Positions 41,814-51,604 of a DNA stretch of 64,000 bases are shown in pieces. A program made the position numbers and the translations under genes. The stretch is taken from the NCBI GenBank assembly GCA_963832165.1, contig CAWHTE010000007.1, positions 448,001 through 512,000 on the forward strand, given 5' to 3'. Each line of letters opens with the position of its first letter. The first letter of the stretch is position 1. A model generated the notes under the pieces. It made no database searches. It saw nothing but the letters and a program-made list of their open reading frames with translations, and was not told where the DNA came from. The DNA comes from an uncultured delta proteobacterium. GTDB taxonomy: Bacteria; Myxococcota_A; UBA9160; SMWR01.

Positions 41814-42500
41814 ATGATCGTGAGTGCCACTGAGCACACTTCGAGACCTCCCTTCGGCGGAAACGCTTCGTCCCAGCTCTCGGCCACGCAGATCGAGGCG
41901 AAGGTGGCCCACGAGCTCAGCAACCTGCTGAACGTGGTGGCCGCGTGCAGCGATCGGCTCACGAGCTCTCCAGAGGTCACGGCGGCGGCGCGGCTCGATC
42001 TGCTCTCGCTCGCGGGACGCGTGGCGCATTCGATCATCGACGCTCGCCGGCGCGGCGTGTCGCTGCGCAAGTGGGTGCCCGTGAACCCGACGCTGCGCAG
42101 CCTCGAAGCCGCCGTGCAGTTGTTGCTGCCGTCGGGGGTTTCCGTCGCGCTCGAGCTCGATCCGCGCGCGGGCACCGTGCATCTGGCTCCGGGCGAGCTC
42201 GATCTCGTGATCCTGAACCTCGTGCTCGACGCGCGCACGCGGCTCGCGGGTCTGGGCCAGCTCACGATCCGCAGTACGCACGCGTTAATGCCCGCGGGCG
42301 AAGTGGTGACGGTCTCGATCGAGGATCAGCCCAGCGAAGCGCGTGCGCAGCGCTCCGTTAACGGAATCCAGTTCGGACTCGCGACCGTGCGCCTGATCAC
42401 GCGCGACGCCGCGGGCGAGGTAGAGCTGCGGCCCGGACGCATCGGGGGCTTCGAGGTGCGGATCTCGCTGCCTGCGCGACCCGAGTCATCCGGATCCTGA
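41814..42500 (+). CDS. Degenerate histidine-kinase-like protein (HisKA plus eroded HATPase), no sensor domain
   Basis: AGGAG RBS; VAHELSNLL H-box; ILNLVLDA; IEDQP; FGLATV; FEVRISLP. Confidence 0.65.
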   Translation: MIVSATEHTSRPPFGGNASSQLSATQIEAKVAHELSNLLNVVAACSDRLTSSPEVTAAARLDLLSLAGRVAHSIIDARRRGVSLRKWVPVNPTLRSLEAAVQLLLPSGVSVALELDPRAGTVHLAPGELDLVILNLVLDARTRLAGLGQLTIRSTHALMPAGEVVTVSIEDQPSEARAQRSVNGIQFGLATVRLITRDAAGEVELRPGRIGGFEVRISLPARPESSGS

Positions 42501-42530
42501 GCGGCCGCGGTCGACACGCCGTGTCCCCGA

Positions 42531-44426
42531 CTACGGCGCCGGCAGGTCCACGACGAGCACGCGCTCTTCGGCCTCGCTCGCGCCGAGCGTGAGGCGGCCG
42601 CCCTGCGCGCGCACGATCAGCTCGGCGATCAGGAACTCGATCGAGTTCTGCAGCGGCCCGAGCGTATCGGCGCCGGCCGCCGACGGATCGCAGAAGCGCA
42701 GCAGCACGCGCACGGCGGCCCCGTTCGAGCCGGTCTCGTGGCGCCGCAACGCGATGTAGAGGTCTCCGCGGTCCGGGACGATCGCGATCGCCTTGTCGAA
42801 TAGCGCCTCGAACGCGAGCCGGAGCTGAGCCGCGTCGGCGATCGCCGCGGGATGGCTCGAGTCGAGCTCCTTGAGCACGAGGTGATGCCGCCGGCGGAAC
42901 GCCTCGCGGCGATCCTCGAGCAGGCCCTCGATCATCTCCGAAACGTCCACCTTGTCCCGGCGCGGCGCATCGAGCGACGCGAGCTGCTCGAGCCGCGCGA
43001 GCAGCCCGTGGATGCGGCCGATGTCCTCGCGAACCATCTCGGGGAAGCGCGCGCGGAAGTCGGGGTCGTCGAAGCGCTCGGGCAGGAGGTCCGAGAAAGT
43101 CCGGATCGTTGCGAGCGGGTTGCGCACCTGGTGGATCAGCGCGTTCGCGAGCCGGCGCAGCCCCGGATCGTCCTCGCGGATGCGCGCGGGGTCGACGCCG
43201 AGCCGAGGAAAGTCGATCGCGGGCGCGCCGATGATCGGCGGCAGGCCGCTCGTGGGCGCGAGCTCGCTCGGTGTTCGCGCGGGCGGCGCTTCGTTCTCGG
43301 TCTCGTCGTCGGAGAGCAGCGTGCCCACCGCGGAGGCGTCGAGCGGCGCGAGCACGGTGCCCTCGAGCACGAGATCGTCGATTCCGAGCGGGTCGCGCGC
43401 GGTGCCCGCGAGCGATTGTTCCACCACGGCCTCGAGCTCGCGCAGGTTGCCGGGCCACGCGTGATCGCGCAGGTACGCGAGCGCGGCCGCGTCGAAGCGG
43501 CGCGGCGCTTCGCGGTGCTCGCGCGCCCAGGCCGTCAGCACGTCCTGGGCGATCGCCTCGATCCGATGTGCGCGCTCGCGCAGCGGCGGCAGCGAGATCT
43601 CGATCGTGCCGAGTGCGCGCGTGAGCCGGCTGTCGAGCGCGGTGCCCGTCGTGTCCACGCTCGCGAGCCAGCGCAGGATCGGCGTGCGCACGCCGGGGGG
43701 CGGACCCGCCTCGAGCCACGCCGCGAGCGCGCGCTGCACGCGCGGCGCGAGCAGTCCGACCTCGTCGAGCCAGACGCACAGGCTCGGCAGGTGCGGATGC
43801 GCGCGCCCGAGCGCGAACAGCGCACCCTCGATCTCGGAGAGCTCGGTGTCGGCGCCGCACGGGATGTGCGCGAGCGCGCCGTCGCCGGTGCCGCCGAGGT
43901 GGTGCAGGTAGCGGATCAGCGCGCCGCGTCCCGTGCCCGGCTCGCCGCGCACGAGCACGGGAACGCCGGACAGATGCGGATCGAGCGCGCGCAGCAGCTC
44001 AGGCAGATCGAGGTCGGCGAGCCAGCGCGAGAAGCGCGTCGCCGCAGCCTCGCGCTGCGCGCGCTGCGAGAGCGGCGGCCGCGGCGCGGGGCTCGGCCGC
44101 ACCGCGCGCGCGAGATCGTCCGCGCGCGGCGGGTAGGCCAGGAACTCCGCCGAGAGCCGATCGAACTGCGCCACCGCGGCCGCGGCGGCCTCCTTGTCGC
44201 CGATCAGCACCCAGTGCGCGTGTGCGAGGCGGTGGCGCTGGCGGTGAGCGAACTCCAGCTCGGGCTCCCAGTCGCCCGCGAGCCCGAGCACCACCACGTC
44301 CGCGGCCGGAGCCGCGTCGAACAACGGGTCGGACGGGCGCCCGATCACGGCATCCGAGGTACCGGCGAGCCGGATCAGGGCCGCGCGAGCGCGGTCGTCG
44401 CGGTGGACGATCCAGACGGTGGCCAT
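42531..44426 (-). CDS. Pseudo-REC - degenerate sigma54-activator AAA+ - HisKA/HATPase-like chimera
   Basis: PVLVRGEPGTGR, WLDEV, LPPLRER and WPGNLRELE, without GAFTGA; then HQVRNPLATI and an eroded HATPase. Confidence 0.75.
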   Translation of the reverse strand: MATVWIVHRDDRARAALIRLAGTSDAVIGRPSDPLFDAAPAADVVVLGLAGDWEPELEFAHRQRHRLAHAHWVLIGDKEAAAAAVAQFDRLSAEFLAYPPRADDLARAVRPSPAPRPPLSQRAQREAAATRFSRWLADLDLPELLRALDPHLSGVPVLVRGEPGTGRGALIRYLHHLGGTGDGALAHIPCGADTELSEIEGALFALGRAHPHLPSLCVWLDEVGLLAPRVQRALAAWLEAGPPPGVRTPILRWLASVDTTGTALDSRLTRALGTIEISLPPLRERAHRIEAIAQDVLTAWAREHREAPRRFDAAALAYLRDHAWPGNLRELEAVVEQSLAGTARDPLGIDDLVLEGTVLAPLDASAVGTLLSDDETENEAPPARTPSELAPTSGLPPIIGAPAIDFPRLGVDPARIREDDPGLRRLANALIHQVRNPLATIRTFSDLLPERFDDPDFRARFPEMVREDIGRIHGLLARLEQLASLDAPRRDKVDVSEMIEGLLEDRREAFRRRHHLVLKELDSSHPAAIADAAQLRLAFEALFDKAIAIVPDRGDLYIALRRHETGSNGAAVRVLLRFCDPSAAGADTLGPLQNSIEFLIAELIVRAQGGRLTLGASEAEERVLVVDLPAP

Positions 44427-44468
44427 TGAAACCCAAACGAATGTTACAGCGGTGCGCCAAAATTCCGC

Positions 44469-44484
44469 GCAATCGCTGTGCCAA
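44469..44484 (-). promoter_or_regulatory. Sigma54 promoter for the chimera gene
   Basis: Minus strand TTGGCACAGCGATTGC; TGC-N11-GCA box at 44527-44543. Confidence 0.8.
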
Positions 44485-44731
44485 TGCCATCGGGCTCCGG
44501 TTGGACAGGCAAGTCCCCGGGTGAACTGCCGGCACACAAAGCACAAAGACTTTGGGGCAGTCTGCCCGGGCGCCCGGCGGAGAGCGCAGCGTGTGGGCAA
44601 AGGTTTTCTCTCGCAGGAAACCCGGATCTCTGTCAGATTGAGCCTCTGCGCTCGGGGGACGGGGGTCGCCGAGGCGGGCGCGGAATCGGGCCGTCCGGCG
44701 GTTGCGTCGTCGGGCGTCGCCGGGGGGAGGC

Positions 44732-46282
44732 GTGGAAGTAACTTCTGTGCCGGTGATCGACCGCGGTCCGCAAGTCCGCCTGCGCAGTGCCACCGACGCG
44801 CCCTACGACGACGCGATCGCGGCAGCCCGCACGTGTTATTCGGATCGCGTCGTGGCGCCCGAAGAGATCACGGACCGCCAGCGCGACAGCATCGGTCCGC
44901 TCACCTACGGCGGCGGCCACCACACGGTCTTCCAGCACGCCACGTTCGAGTTCGAGCTGTCGGGCATCTCGCGCCAGCTCGTGTGGTCGGTGCTGCACGG
45001 CTTCCCGTTCTACAACACCGAGCAGCAGAGCCAGCGCTACGTGAAGCTCGGCGAGCCGTCCGCGCACGTACCGCCCGAGCTCTCGGACGCCGCGCGCGAG
45101 GTGTACTGCGCGTCGGTCGAGCGCGCGTGGGGCGCCTATCGCGACCTCACCGAGCAGCTCGCGCCGATCGCGCGCGACATCCTCGGCGATCTCTGGCGCG
45201 TCGAGCGCCGCGCGAACAAGGCGTTCGGCAAGAGTCTCAAGCGCGAGGCGGAGAAGAAGGCGATCGAGACCGCGCGCTATGCGATCCCCGTCGCGTGCCA
45301 CACCGCGATGGTCTACACGGTCTCGGGCATCGTGATGCACCGGCTGCGCCGCATGGCGCGGGTGGGCGACGTACCCGGCGAGGCCGCGCGCGTGATCGGC
45401 CTCATGGTCGCCGAGGTGGAGCGGCTCGACCCGAGCTTCTTCGGCCGCGTCGGCGATGCGCCGCTCGAGCCCGACGCCGTGATCGAGACGGCGCTCGCGC
45501 CGTCTGGGCTCGGCGATCCGGCCGCGCTCGAGGCGTTCGACAAGTCGCTCGGCGGCCGCACGTCGCGGCTCGTCGACTGGAGCGCGCGCGCGCCCGAGGT
45601 GGTGGCCGATGCGGTGCGCCACGTGCTCGGCCGCATCGACCTCTCGGACGCCGACGCACTCGCGGCCGCGCTCGATCCCAGGATCAACCGCTACCGGCTC
45701 GAGCACCTCAACGTCTCGACGCACTCACCCGTGATGCGCGCACTCGCGCACGCGCACTTCGTGTTCCGCAAGAAGCTCTCGCACACCGCCGACTCGCAGG
45801 ATCAGCGCCACCGCACGGTGCCGGGCTCGCGCCCGCTGCTCTCGCGCACCGTGCCCGGCTCGCCCGACGTCATCGCGCCGGAGCTGATTCGCGGCGACCC
45901 GACGTGTCACATGCTCTTCGAGGATGCGATCGCCGAGCAGTGGAAGGCGCGCGCGCGGCTGCTCGAGCTCGGCGCGAGCCCGGAGGTCGCGCTCTACGTG
46001 CTGCCGAACGCGCTCGCCGTCCGCTTCGAGGAGTCGGGCACGCTGCTCGACCTGATCCACAAGTGGACGATGCGCAGCTGTCTGAACGCGCAGTGGGAGA
46101 TCTGGCGCGCCTCGATGGACGAGATCGAGCAGGTGAGTTCCGTGCACCCGACCCTGATGGAGCACGTGGGCCCGCCGTGCGTGGTGCGCAATGGGCTCGC
46201 GCGGCCGCGCTGCACCGAGGGATCGCACTTCTGCGGGATTCCGGTCTGGCGCACCTTCCCCGAGGTCGAGCGCAGAATTTGA
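44732..46282 (+). CDS. thyX: FAD-dependent thymidylate synthase-like protein with two Thy1 domains
   Basis: AARTCYS, GHHTVFQH, EQQSQRYV and ETARYAIP in the first domain; QRHRT, YVLPNA and AQWEI in the second. Start codon uncertain. Confidence 0.8.
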   Translation: MEVTSVPVIDRGPQVRLRSATDAPYDDAIAAARTCYSDRVVAPEEITDRQRDSIGPLTYGGGHHTVFQHATFEFELSGISRQLVWSVLHGFPFYNTEQQSQRYVKLGEPSAHVPPELSDAAREVYCASVERAWGAYRDLTEQLAPIARDILGDLWRVERRANKAFGKSLKREAEKKAIETARYAIPVACHTAMVYTVSGIVMHRLRRMARVGDVPGEAARVIGLMVAEVERLDPSFFGRVGDAPLEPDAVIETALAPSGLGDPAALEAFDKSLGGRTSRLVDWSARAPEVVADAVRHVLGRIDLSDADALAAALDPRINRYRLEHLNVSTHSPVMRALAHAHFVFRKKLSHTADSQDQRHRTVPGSRPLLSRTVPGSPDVIAPELIRGDPTCHMLFEDAIAEQWKARARLLELGASPEVALYVLPNALAVRFEESGTLLDLIHKWTMRSCLNAQWEIWRASMDEIEQVSSVHPTLMEHVGPPCVVRNGLARPRCTEGSHFCGIPVWRTFPEVERRI

Positions 46283-46755
46283 GCGCCGACGGCGAACCGC
46301 GGCGCGCGACGCACGGCGATCTCGCCGGGGTGGGCACGCTCTGGCTGGAGCTCACGCGCCATCACGCCACCTTCGACCCCCACTTCGCGCTGCGCGAGGG
46401 AGCCGAGGCCGAGGCGCGGCGCCTGCTCGCGGCGCAGATGCGCGACCGCGATACGGCGATCTTCGTCGCCGGGGAGCCAGATCGGCCCCAGGCGTTCGCG
46501 ATCGTCTCCGTGCGGCGCGCGCCGCCGATCCACCCCGAGACCTGCCGCGCCGAGATCACGGATCTGTTCGTGGCCCCCGAGCTCCGTCGGCGCGGATGCG
46601 GGCGCGCGCTGGTGACCGCGGCAACGCGCTGGGCTCACGACCGCGGCGCCGAGCGCGTCGAGGCGCGCGTCTCGTCGCGAAACCTCGATGCGCGCGCGTT
46701 CTGGCGCGCGCAGGGCTATGGCCCGCACATGGACGTGCTGCACCGTCGACTCTAG
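46279..46755 (+). CDS. GNAT family acetyltransferase
   Basis: ITDLFVAPELRRRGCGRAL and NLDARAFW motifs; TTG start overlaps the thyX stop. Confidence 0.85.
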   Translation: MSADGEPRRATHGDLAGVGTLWLELTRHHATFDPHFALREGAEAEARRLLAAQMRDRDTAIFVAGEPDRPQAFAIVSVRRAPPIHPETCRAEITDLFVAPELRRRGCGRALVTAATRWAHDRGAERVEARVSSRNLDARAFWRAQGYGPHMDVLHRRL

Positions 46756-46793
46756 ATGCGATAGATTCGCCCGACCGCGAATCCCGGTACCAC

Positions 46794-48140
46794 ATGTCCC
46801 CCGCACACACCGGTGAAGAGAACATCCTCCCGCTAGCGCGCGAGCTGAACGAGCGCCTCGCGAAGGCCGCGCCCGAGGTGTTCGAGATGCTCTCGGCGCT
46901 GGGGCGGCGGCTCTACTTCCCGAAGGGGATCCTCACCCAGGGCGCCGAGGCGAAGCAGAAGGCGCACCGGATCAACGCGACGATCGGCATCGCGACCGAG
47001 AACGGCCAGCCGATGCACCTGCCGTCGATCGCGGCTCACCTCGTGGGCATCTCCCCCGACGAGGCGTTCAACTACGCGCCGCCCGCGGGCCAGCAGAAGC
47101 TGCGCGAGCGCTGGCGCGACAAGATCATCGCGGAGAACCCGGGCCTGGTCGGCCGCTCGTTCGGACTGCCGATCGTCACGAGTGCGATCACCCACGGGCT
47201 CATGCTCGCGGGCGACCTGTTCGTGGATCCCGGAGACGTGATCGTCCTGCCCGACAAGCTCTGGGGCAACTACCGGCTCACCTACGAGGTGCGGCTCGGC
47301 GCGCGCATCCTCACCCATCCCTTCTTCGCGGGCGACGGCTTCGACTGCGCGAGCTTCGCAAGCGCGATCGAGGAGGCCGCAACCGGGCGCGAGAAGGTGA
47401 TCGCGCTCTTGAACTTCCCGAACAACCCGACCGGCTACATGCCCACCGCGGCGGAGAGCCGGTCGATCGCGGAGACCCTCCTGCGTCAGGCCGAGCGCGG
47501 CACGCGCGTGGTGGCGCTCCTCGACGACGCGTACTTCGGGCTCTTCTATCACCTCGGGGGCGAGTCGGCGACGCACTCGCTCTTCGCGGACCTCGTGAAC
47601 CGGCACCCGAACCTGCTCGCCATCCGCCTCGACGGCGCCACCAAGGAGCTGTTCGTCTGGGGCCTGCGCTGCGGCTTCATCACCTTCGGTCCCGGGCGCG
47701 CCGCGAGCGCCCCGGAGGTGTGTGACGTGCTCGAGGCCAAGGTGAAGGGGGCCGTGCGCAGCGCGGTATCGAACGTGCCCCAGCTCTCCCAATCGATCGT
47801 GGGGAAGGCGCTCGCCTCGCCCGAGATCGCCGCGGAGCGGGCCCAGAAGAACGAGACGCTGCGCATCCGGGCGGAGCGGGTCTACGAGGTGGCCCGGGCG
47901 CCGCGCTTCCGCGAGAGCTGGAAGGTCTATCCCTTCAACAGCGGCTACTTCATGTGCGTCCAGATCGCGGGCGTCGAAGCCGAGCGGGTCCGCCTGCACC
48001 TGCTCGACGCCTATGGCATCGGCACGATCGCCACCGGAGGCCACGATCTCCGCATCGCGTTCTCGTGCCTCGAGGTCGGTGAGGTGGAGAATCTGTTCGA
48101 AACGCTCCACCGCGCGGTTCAGGAACTGCGTTCCACCTGA
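46794..48140 (+). CDS. Class I/II PLP-dependent aminotransferase
   Basis: NATIG, WGNY, NFPNNPTGY, DDAY and DGATKE...WGLR motifs. Confidence 0.9.
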   Translation: MSPAHTGEENILPLARELNERLAKAAPEVFEMLSALGRRLYFPKGILTQGAEAKQKAHRINATIGIATENGQPMHLPSIAAHLVGISPDEAFNYAPPAGQQKLRERWRDKIIAENPGLVGRSFGLPIVTSAITHGLMLAGDLFVDPGDVIVLPDKLWGNYRLTYEVRLGARILTHPFFAGDGFDCASFASAIEEAATGREKVIALLNFPNNPTGYMPTAAESRSIAETLLRQAERGTRVVALLDDAYFGLFYHLGGESATHSLFADLVNRHPNLLAIRLDGATKELFVWGLRCGFITFGPGRAASAPEVCDVLEAKVKGAVRSAVSNVPQLSQSIVGKALASPEIAAERAQKNETLRIRAERVYEVARAPRFRESWKVYPFNSGYFMCVQIAGVEAERVRLHLLDAYGIGTIATGGHDLRIAFSCLEVGEVENLFETLHRAVQELRST

Positions 48141-48350
48141 CAATTCGGGCTCAAGCCATTAGTGTTGCGCGCCGATTGCCGGAGGGTCCCGGTTCTCCTC
48201 GCGCGCCCCGTGGGGTACACGAATCTGAGCCGAGACTGTCGCGGTGGTCCAAGAAATCGTCTAGAAAGCTCCGATCAGTCCATAAACCGACTGGCGCGAT
48301 CCACCCCCAGGTTCCGCCCAAAAGCCTGAACCGAAGGAAGCAAGTCGCCG

Positions 48351-49691
48351 ATGTCGCACCAGCCGACCGGACCCGGACCCGAATCTCGTCGTCGGATCGA
48401 TCGCCACGCAGCAACCCGTTGGGCCGGTGCTGCGATCGCCGCTCTCGCTGTGATGGGCATGTCGACGGCCGCCCACGCGGACCCCGCGCGCAAGCGCGAC
48501 GGGTTTGCGCCGGCCGCCCCGCTGTCCGCACTCGCGGTCGCCCCGTCGGGAGCCCGCGGGCTGACCCCGCCGCGTCCGCCCGAGTGGCAGATCAGCGAGG
48601 GCGTGATCACGCGCGGCCGCACGCTCTCCGAGATGCTGCGCGCCGACGGCGTGTCGTCTCAATCGATCAACCAGATCGCGCAGGCGCTCAAGGGCCACTT
48701 CAACTTCCGGCGCGCGATGCCGGGCCACAGCTATCGGCTCGTCCTGGACGGCGCCGGGAGCGTTCAGGAATTCCGCTACCACCTCTCGCCGATCCAGAGC
48801 TACACGGTCGCGCGCGTCGGCGGGACGCTGCGCGTATCGATCGAGGAGGGCGAGCTCGAGGCCCGCTCGTCGCGCATCGCGGGAATCATCACCTCGACCC
48901 TTTACCAGTCGATCACGAACCTGGGCGAGGACGGGTCGCTCGCGCGCGATTTCGCGGACATCTTCGCGTGGGACGTCGACTTCCAGCGCAAGGTCCGCCC
49001 GGGCGACAGCTATCAGATCCTCTACGAGCGGCTCTACCGCGAGTTCGGCGGCCGAGAGACCTACGTGCGGCCGGGACGGATTCTCGCGGCGCGTTTCCAG
49101 GGACAGGCCGGCACCTACACCTCCGTCTACTTCGAAGCGCGCGACGGACGCGGCGGCTACTACCGGCCCGACGGCTCGTCGGTCGAGGGCGAGTTCCTGA
49201 TGGCGCCCCTGCGCCACGCGCGGATCACCTCGAGCTACAGCTCGGCGCGGCGCCACCCCATCCTCAAGGTCACGCGGCCCCACCGCGGCATCGACTATGC
49301 GGCCTCGATCGGCACGCCGGTCTGGTCGGTCGCGGATGGCGTCGTGATCCAGCGCAGCTGGACGGGCGGGAACGGGAACTTCGTCCAGGTGCGGCACGAC
49401 AACGGCTACGTGTCCTCCTACGCGCACCTGTCGCGCTATGCGGACGGGCTGCGCGTTGGCGACCGGGTCGAGCAGAAGCAGGTGATCGGCTTCGTCGGTC
49501 AGACCGGGCTCGCCACGGGCCCGCACGTCTGTTTCCGGATCCAGAAGCACGGCCGGTACGTCGACCCGTCCGGGCTGCGGGTGCCCGCGGGCCTGCCGAT
49601 CTCGAAGTCGCAGGTGGCACTGTTCCGCGCCACGCGCGACCTGCGCCTCGCCGAGCTCGCAGGGCAGCGCCGGATGGCGGACGGCCAGTAG
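48351..49691 (+). CDS. M23 peptidoglycan endopeptidase (MepM/OapA-like)
   Basis: RRHPIL, HRGIDYAA, YAHLS and TGLATGPH motifs; N-terminal signal or anchor. Confidence 0.9.
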   Translation: MSHQPTGPGPESRRRIDRHAATRWAGAAIAALAVMGMSTAAHADPARKRDGFAPAAPLSALAVAPSGARGLTPPRPPEWQISEGVITRGRTLSEMLRADGVSSQSINQIAQALKGHFNFRRAMPGHSYRLVLDGAGSVQEFRYHLSPIQSYTVARVGGTLRVSIEEGELEARSSRIAGIITSTLYQSITNLGEDGSLARDFADIFAWDVDFQRKVRPGDSYQILYERLYREFGGRETYVRPGRILAARFQGQAGTYTSVYFEARDGRGGYYRPDGSSVEGEFLMAPLRHARITSSYSSARRHPILKVTRPHRGIDYAASIGTPVWSVADGVVIQRSWTGGNGNFVQVRHDNGYVSSYAHLSRYADGLRVGDRVEQKQVIGFVGQTGLATGPHVCFRIQKHGRYVDPSGLRVPAGLPISKSQVALFRATRDLRLAELAGQRRMADGQ

Positions 49692-49789
49692 GCCGGGGTC
49701 CGCGCAGTACCCTTTTCTGCTCGCCGGCATCTGTGCGAGCATTCCTCTATGTGCGAATCCCCCGCGCAGCGCCCGCACTGGAGCGGTCC

Positions 49790-50221
49790 TTGACCCCCAC
49801 TGCTTTGTCGGCGCGTCTGGCGACCCTGGGCCGCGAACTCGGCGAGCGCGAGGCGGTACACGGCGAAGGGCTCGAGCGCGCACGCAAGTGCGTCGAGGAG
49901 CTGCACGGCGAGGTCGTCGCGGCGCTCGAGGGGTTCCACCGCTCCGCGTCCGCCGCGGGCGCCCCCCACCTGCGCGTGGAGGTCTCGCCGGTCCGGGTCG
50001 ACGACAAGCACCTGCGCTCGGTCGAGTTCGAGCTCGTGCGCGGCCGCTACCGAGCGATCATCACCGCCAAGAGCCGCGGCGACGTCACGTTCGTGGGCCC
50101 GTTCCGCTCCGGAAAGATCGAAGGCCCCTGCAAGAGCTACCCGATCGACGCCCGGGACGAGGTCCAGGGCGCGCTGGCGGACTTCCTCGAGATCTTTCTC
50201 GAGGAGGCGGCCACCCCCTAG
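49790..50221 (+). CDS. Hypothetical protein (143 aa)
   Basis: GGAG RBS and TTG 49790; coding-like GC3; alpha/beta pattern (DDKHLRSVEFELVRGRY...GPFRSGKIEGPC). Confidence 0.7.
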   Translation: MTPTALSARLATLGRELGEREAVHGEGLERARKCVEELHGEVVAALEGFHRSASAAGAPHLRVEVSPVRVDDKHLRSVEFELVRGRYRAIITAKSRGDVTFVGPFRSGKIEGPCKSYPIDARDEVQGALADFLEIFLEEAATP

Positions 50222-50244
50222 AGCGCCCTCGGACGGAACCCCGC

Positions 50245-51597
50245 TTGAGTGACCTCTCCGCGCGCGTCGAATCCATCGATCAGCTCGTCGATTTCATTCG
50301 CTCGGGCGAGAAGCCGCCCGAGCGCTGGCGGGTCGGTACCGAGCACGAGAAGATCGGCCTCTACGCGGGCACCAATCGCCCGGTGCCCTACGAAGGACCG
50401 CGCGGGATCGGGGCACTCTTGCGCCGGATCGCCGAGATCGAGGACGGCTGGCAGTCCGTACTCGAGGCGGGCCAGCCGATCGCGCTAACCCACGAGAACG
50501 GAGCGAGCATCACGCTCGAGCCAGGCGGGCAGTTCGAGCTCTCGGGCGCACCGCTGCGCACGATCCACGAGACCTGCGACGAGTTCCACTCGCACCTCGC
50601 GCTGATGCGGAGCGCGAACGAGGGGTTCGACATCAACTGGCTCGGGCTCGGCATCAACCCGCTCTACGGCGTGGTCGACGTGCCCGTGATGCCGAAGGCG
50701 CGCTACCGGATCATGCGCGCGTACCTGCCGAGCCACGGTTCGATGTCGCTCGAGATGATGTTCACCACCGCCACCGTGCAGGCGAACTTCGACTACGCGT
50801 CCGAGTCCGACATGGTGGAGAAGATGCGGATGGCGCTCGCGGTGTCGCCGATCGTCTCGGCGATCTTCGCGAACTCGAGCTTGTCCGAGGGCAAGGCGAA
50901 CGGCTTCGTGTCGCGCCGCCTCCACATCTGGCAGAACACCGATCCGGATCGCACCGGCATGCTCGGCTTCGCCTACGACGAGGACTTCGGCTACCGGCGC
51001 TACGTCGAGTGGGCGCTCGACGTGCCGATGTTCTTCCTGGTGCGCGACCACGAGTACCGCCCCGCGAACGGGCTCACGTTCCGGCGCTTCGTCGAGTCGG
51101 GCCTGGATGGCCAGCGCGCCACGATCGCGGACTGGGAGCGTCACCTCACCACGGCGTTCCCGGAGGTGCGGCTCAAGCGCGTGCTCGAGATGCGCGGCGC
51201 CGACGCGGTGCCGCCCGGGCTCACCTGCTCGCTGCCCGCGTTCTGGAAGGGGTTGCTCTACGACGCGCAGTCGCTCGCGGCCGCGTGGGAGCGCCTGCGC
51301 ATCCACTCGCTCGCCGCGCGCGAGGCCGCGCGCGTGGACGTCGCGCGTCGCGGGCTCGCGGCGCGCTACGGCGACGAGCCCGTGCTCGAGATCGCGCGCG
51401 ATCTCGCGCAGTTGTCGCGCGACGGCCTGCGCCGGCTCCGGCACGCCGGACGACGCGACCCCGACGAGACCGGTTTCCTCGATCCCGTGTTCGAGCAGCT
51501 CGAGCTGGGACGGAGCCCGGGTCAGGTGGTCATCGATCGTTGGGAGGGCGAGTGGCAGCGCTCGGTGGATCGACTGATCGAATACGCGCGATACTGA
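50245..51597 (+). CDS. gshA: Glutamate--cysteine ligase (GCS2 family, alphaproteobacterial/plant type)
   Basis: WRVGTEHEK, TLEPGGQFELSG, MPKARY, QANFD and FPEVRLK...EMRGAD motifs. Confidence 0.92.
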   Translation: MSDLSARVESIDQLVDFIRSGEKPPERWRVGTEHEKIGLYAGTNRPVPYEGPRGIGALLRRIAEIEDGWQSVLEAGQPIALTHENGASITLEPGGQFELSGAPLRTIHETCDEFHSHLALMRSANEGFDINWLGLGINPLYGVVDVPVMPKARYRIMRAYLPSHGSMSLEMMFTTATVQANFDYASESDMVEKMRMALAVSPIVSAIFANSSLSEGKANGFVSRRLHIWQNTDPDRTGMLGFAYDEDFGYRRYVEWALDVPMFFLVRDHEYRPANGLTFRRFVESGLDGQRATIADWERHLTTAFPEVRLKRVLEMRGADAVPPGLTCSLPAFWKGLLYDAQSLAAAWERLRIHSLAAREAARVDVARRGLAARYGDEPVLEIARDLAQLSRDGLRRLRHAGRRDPDETGFLDPVFEQLELGRSPGQVVIDRWEGEWQRSVDRLIEYARY

Positions 51598-51604
51598 GTC
51601 CGTG

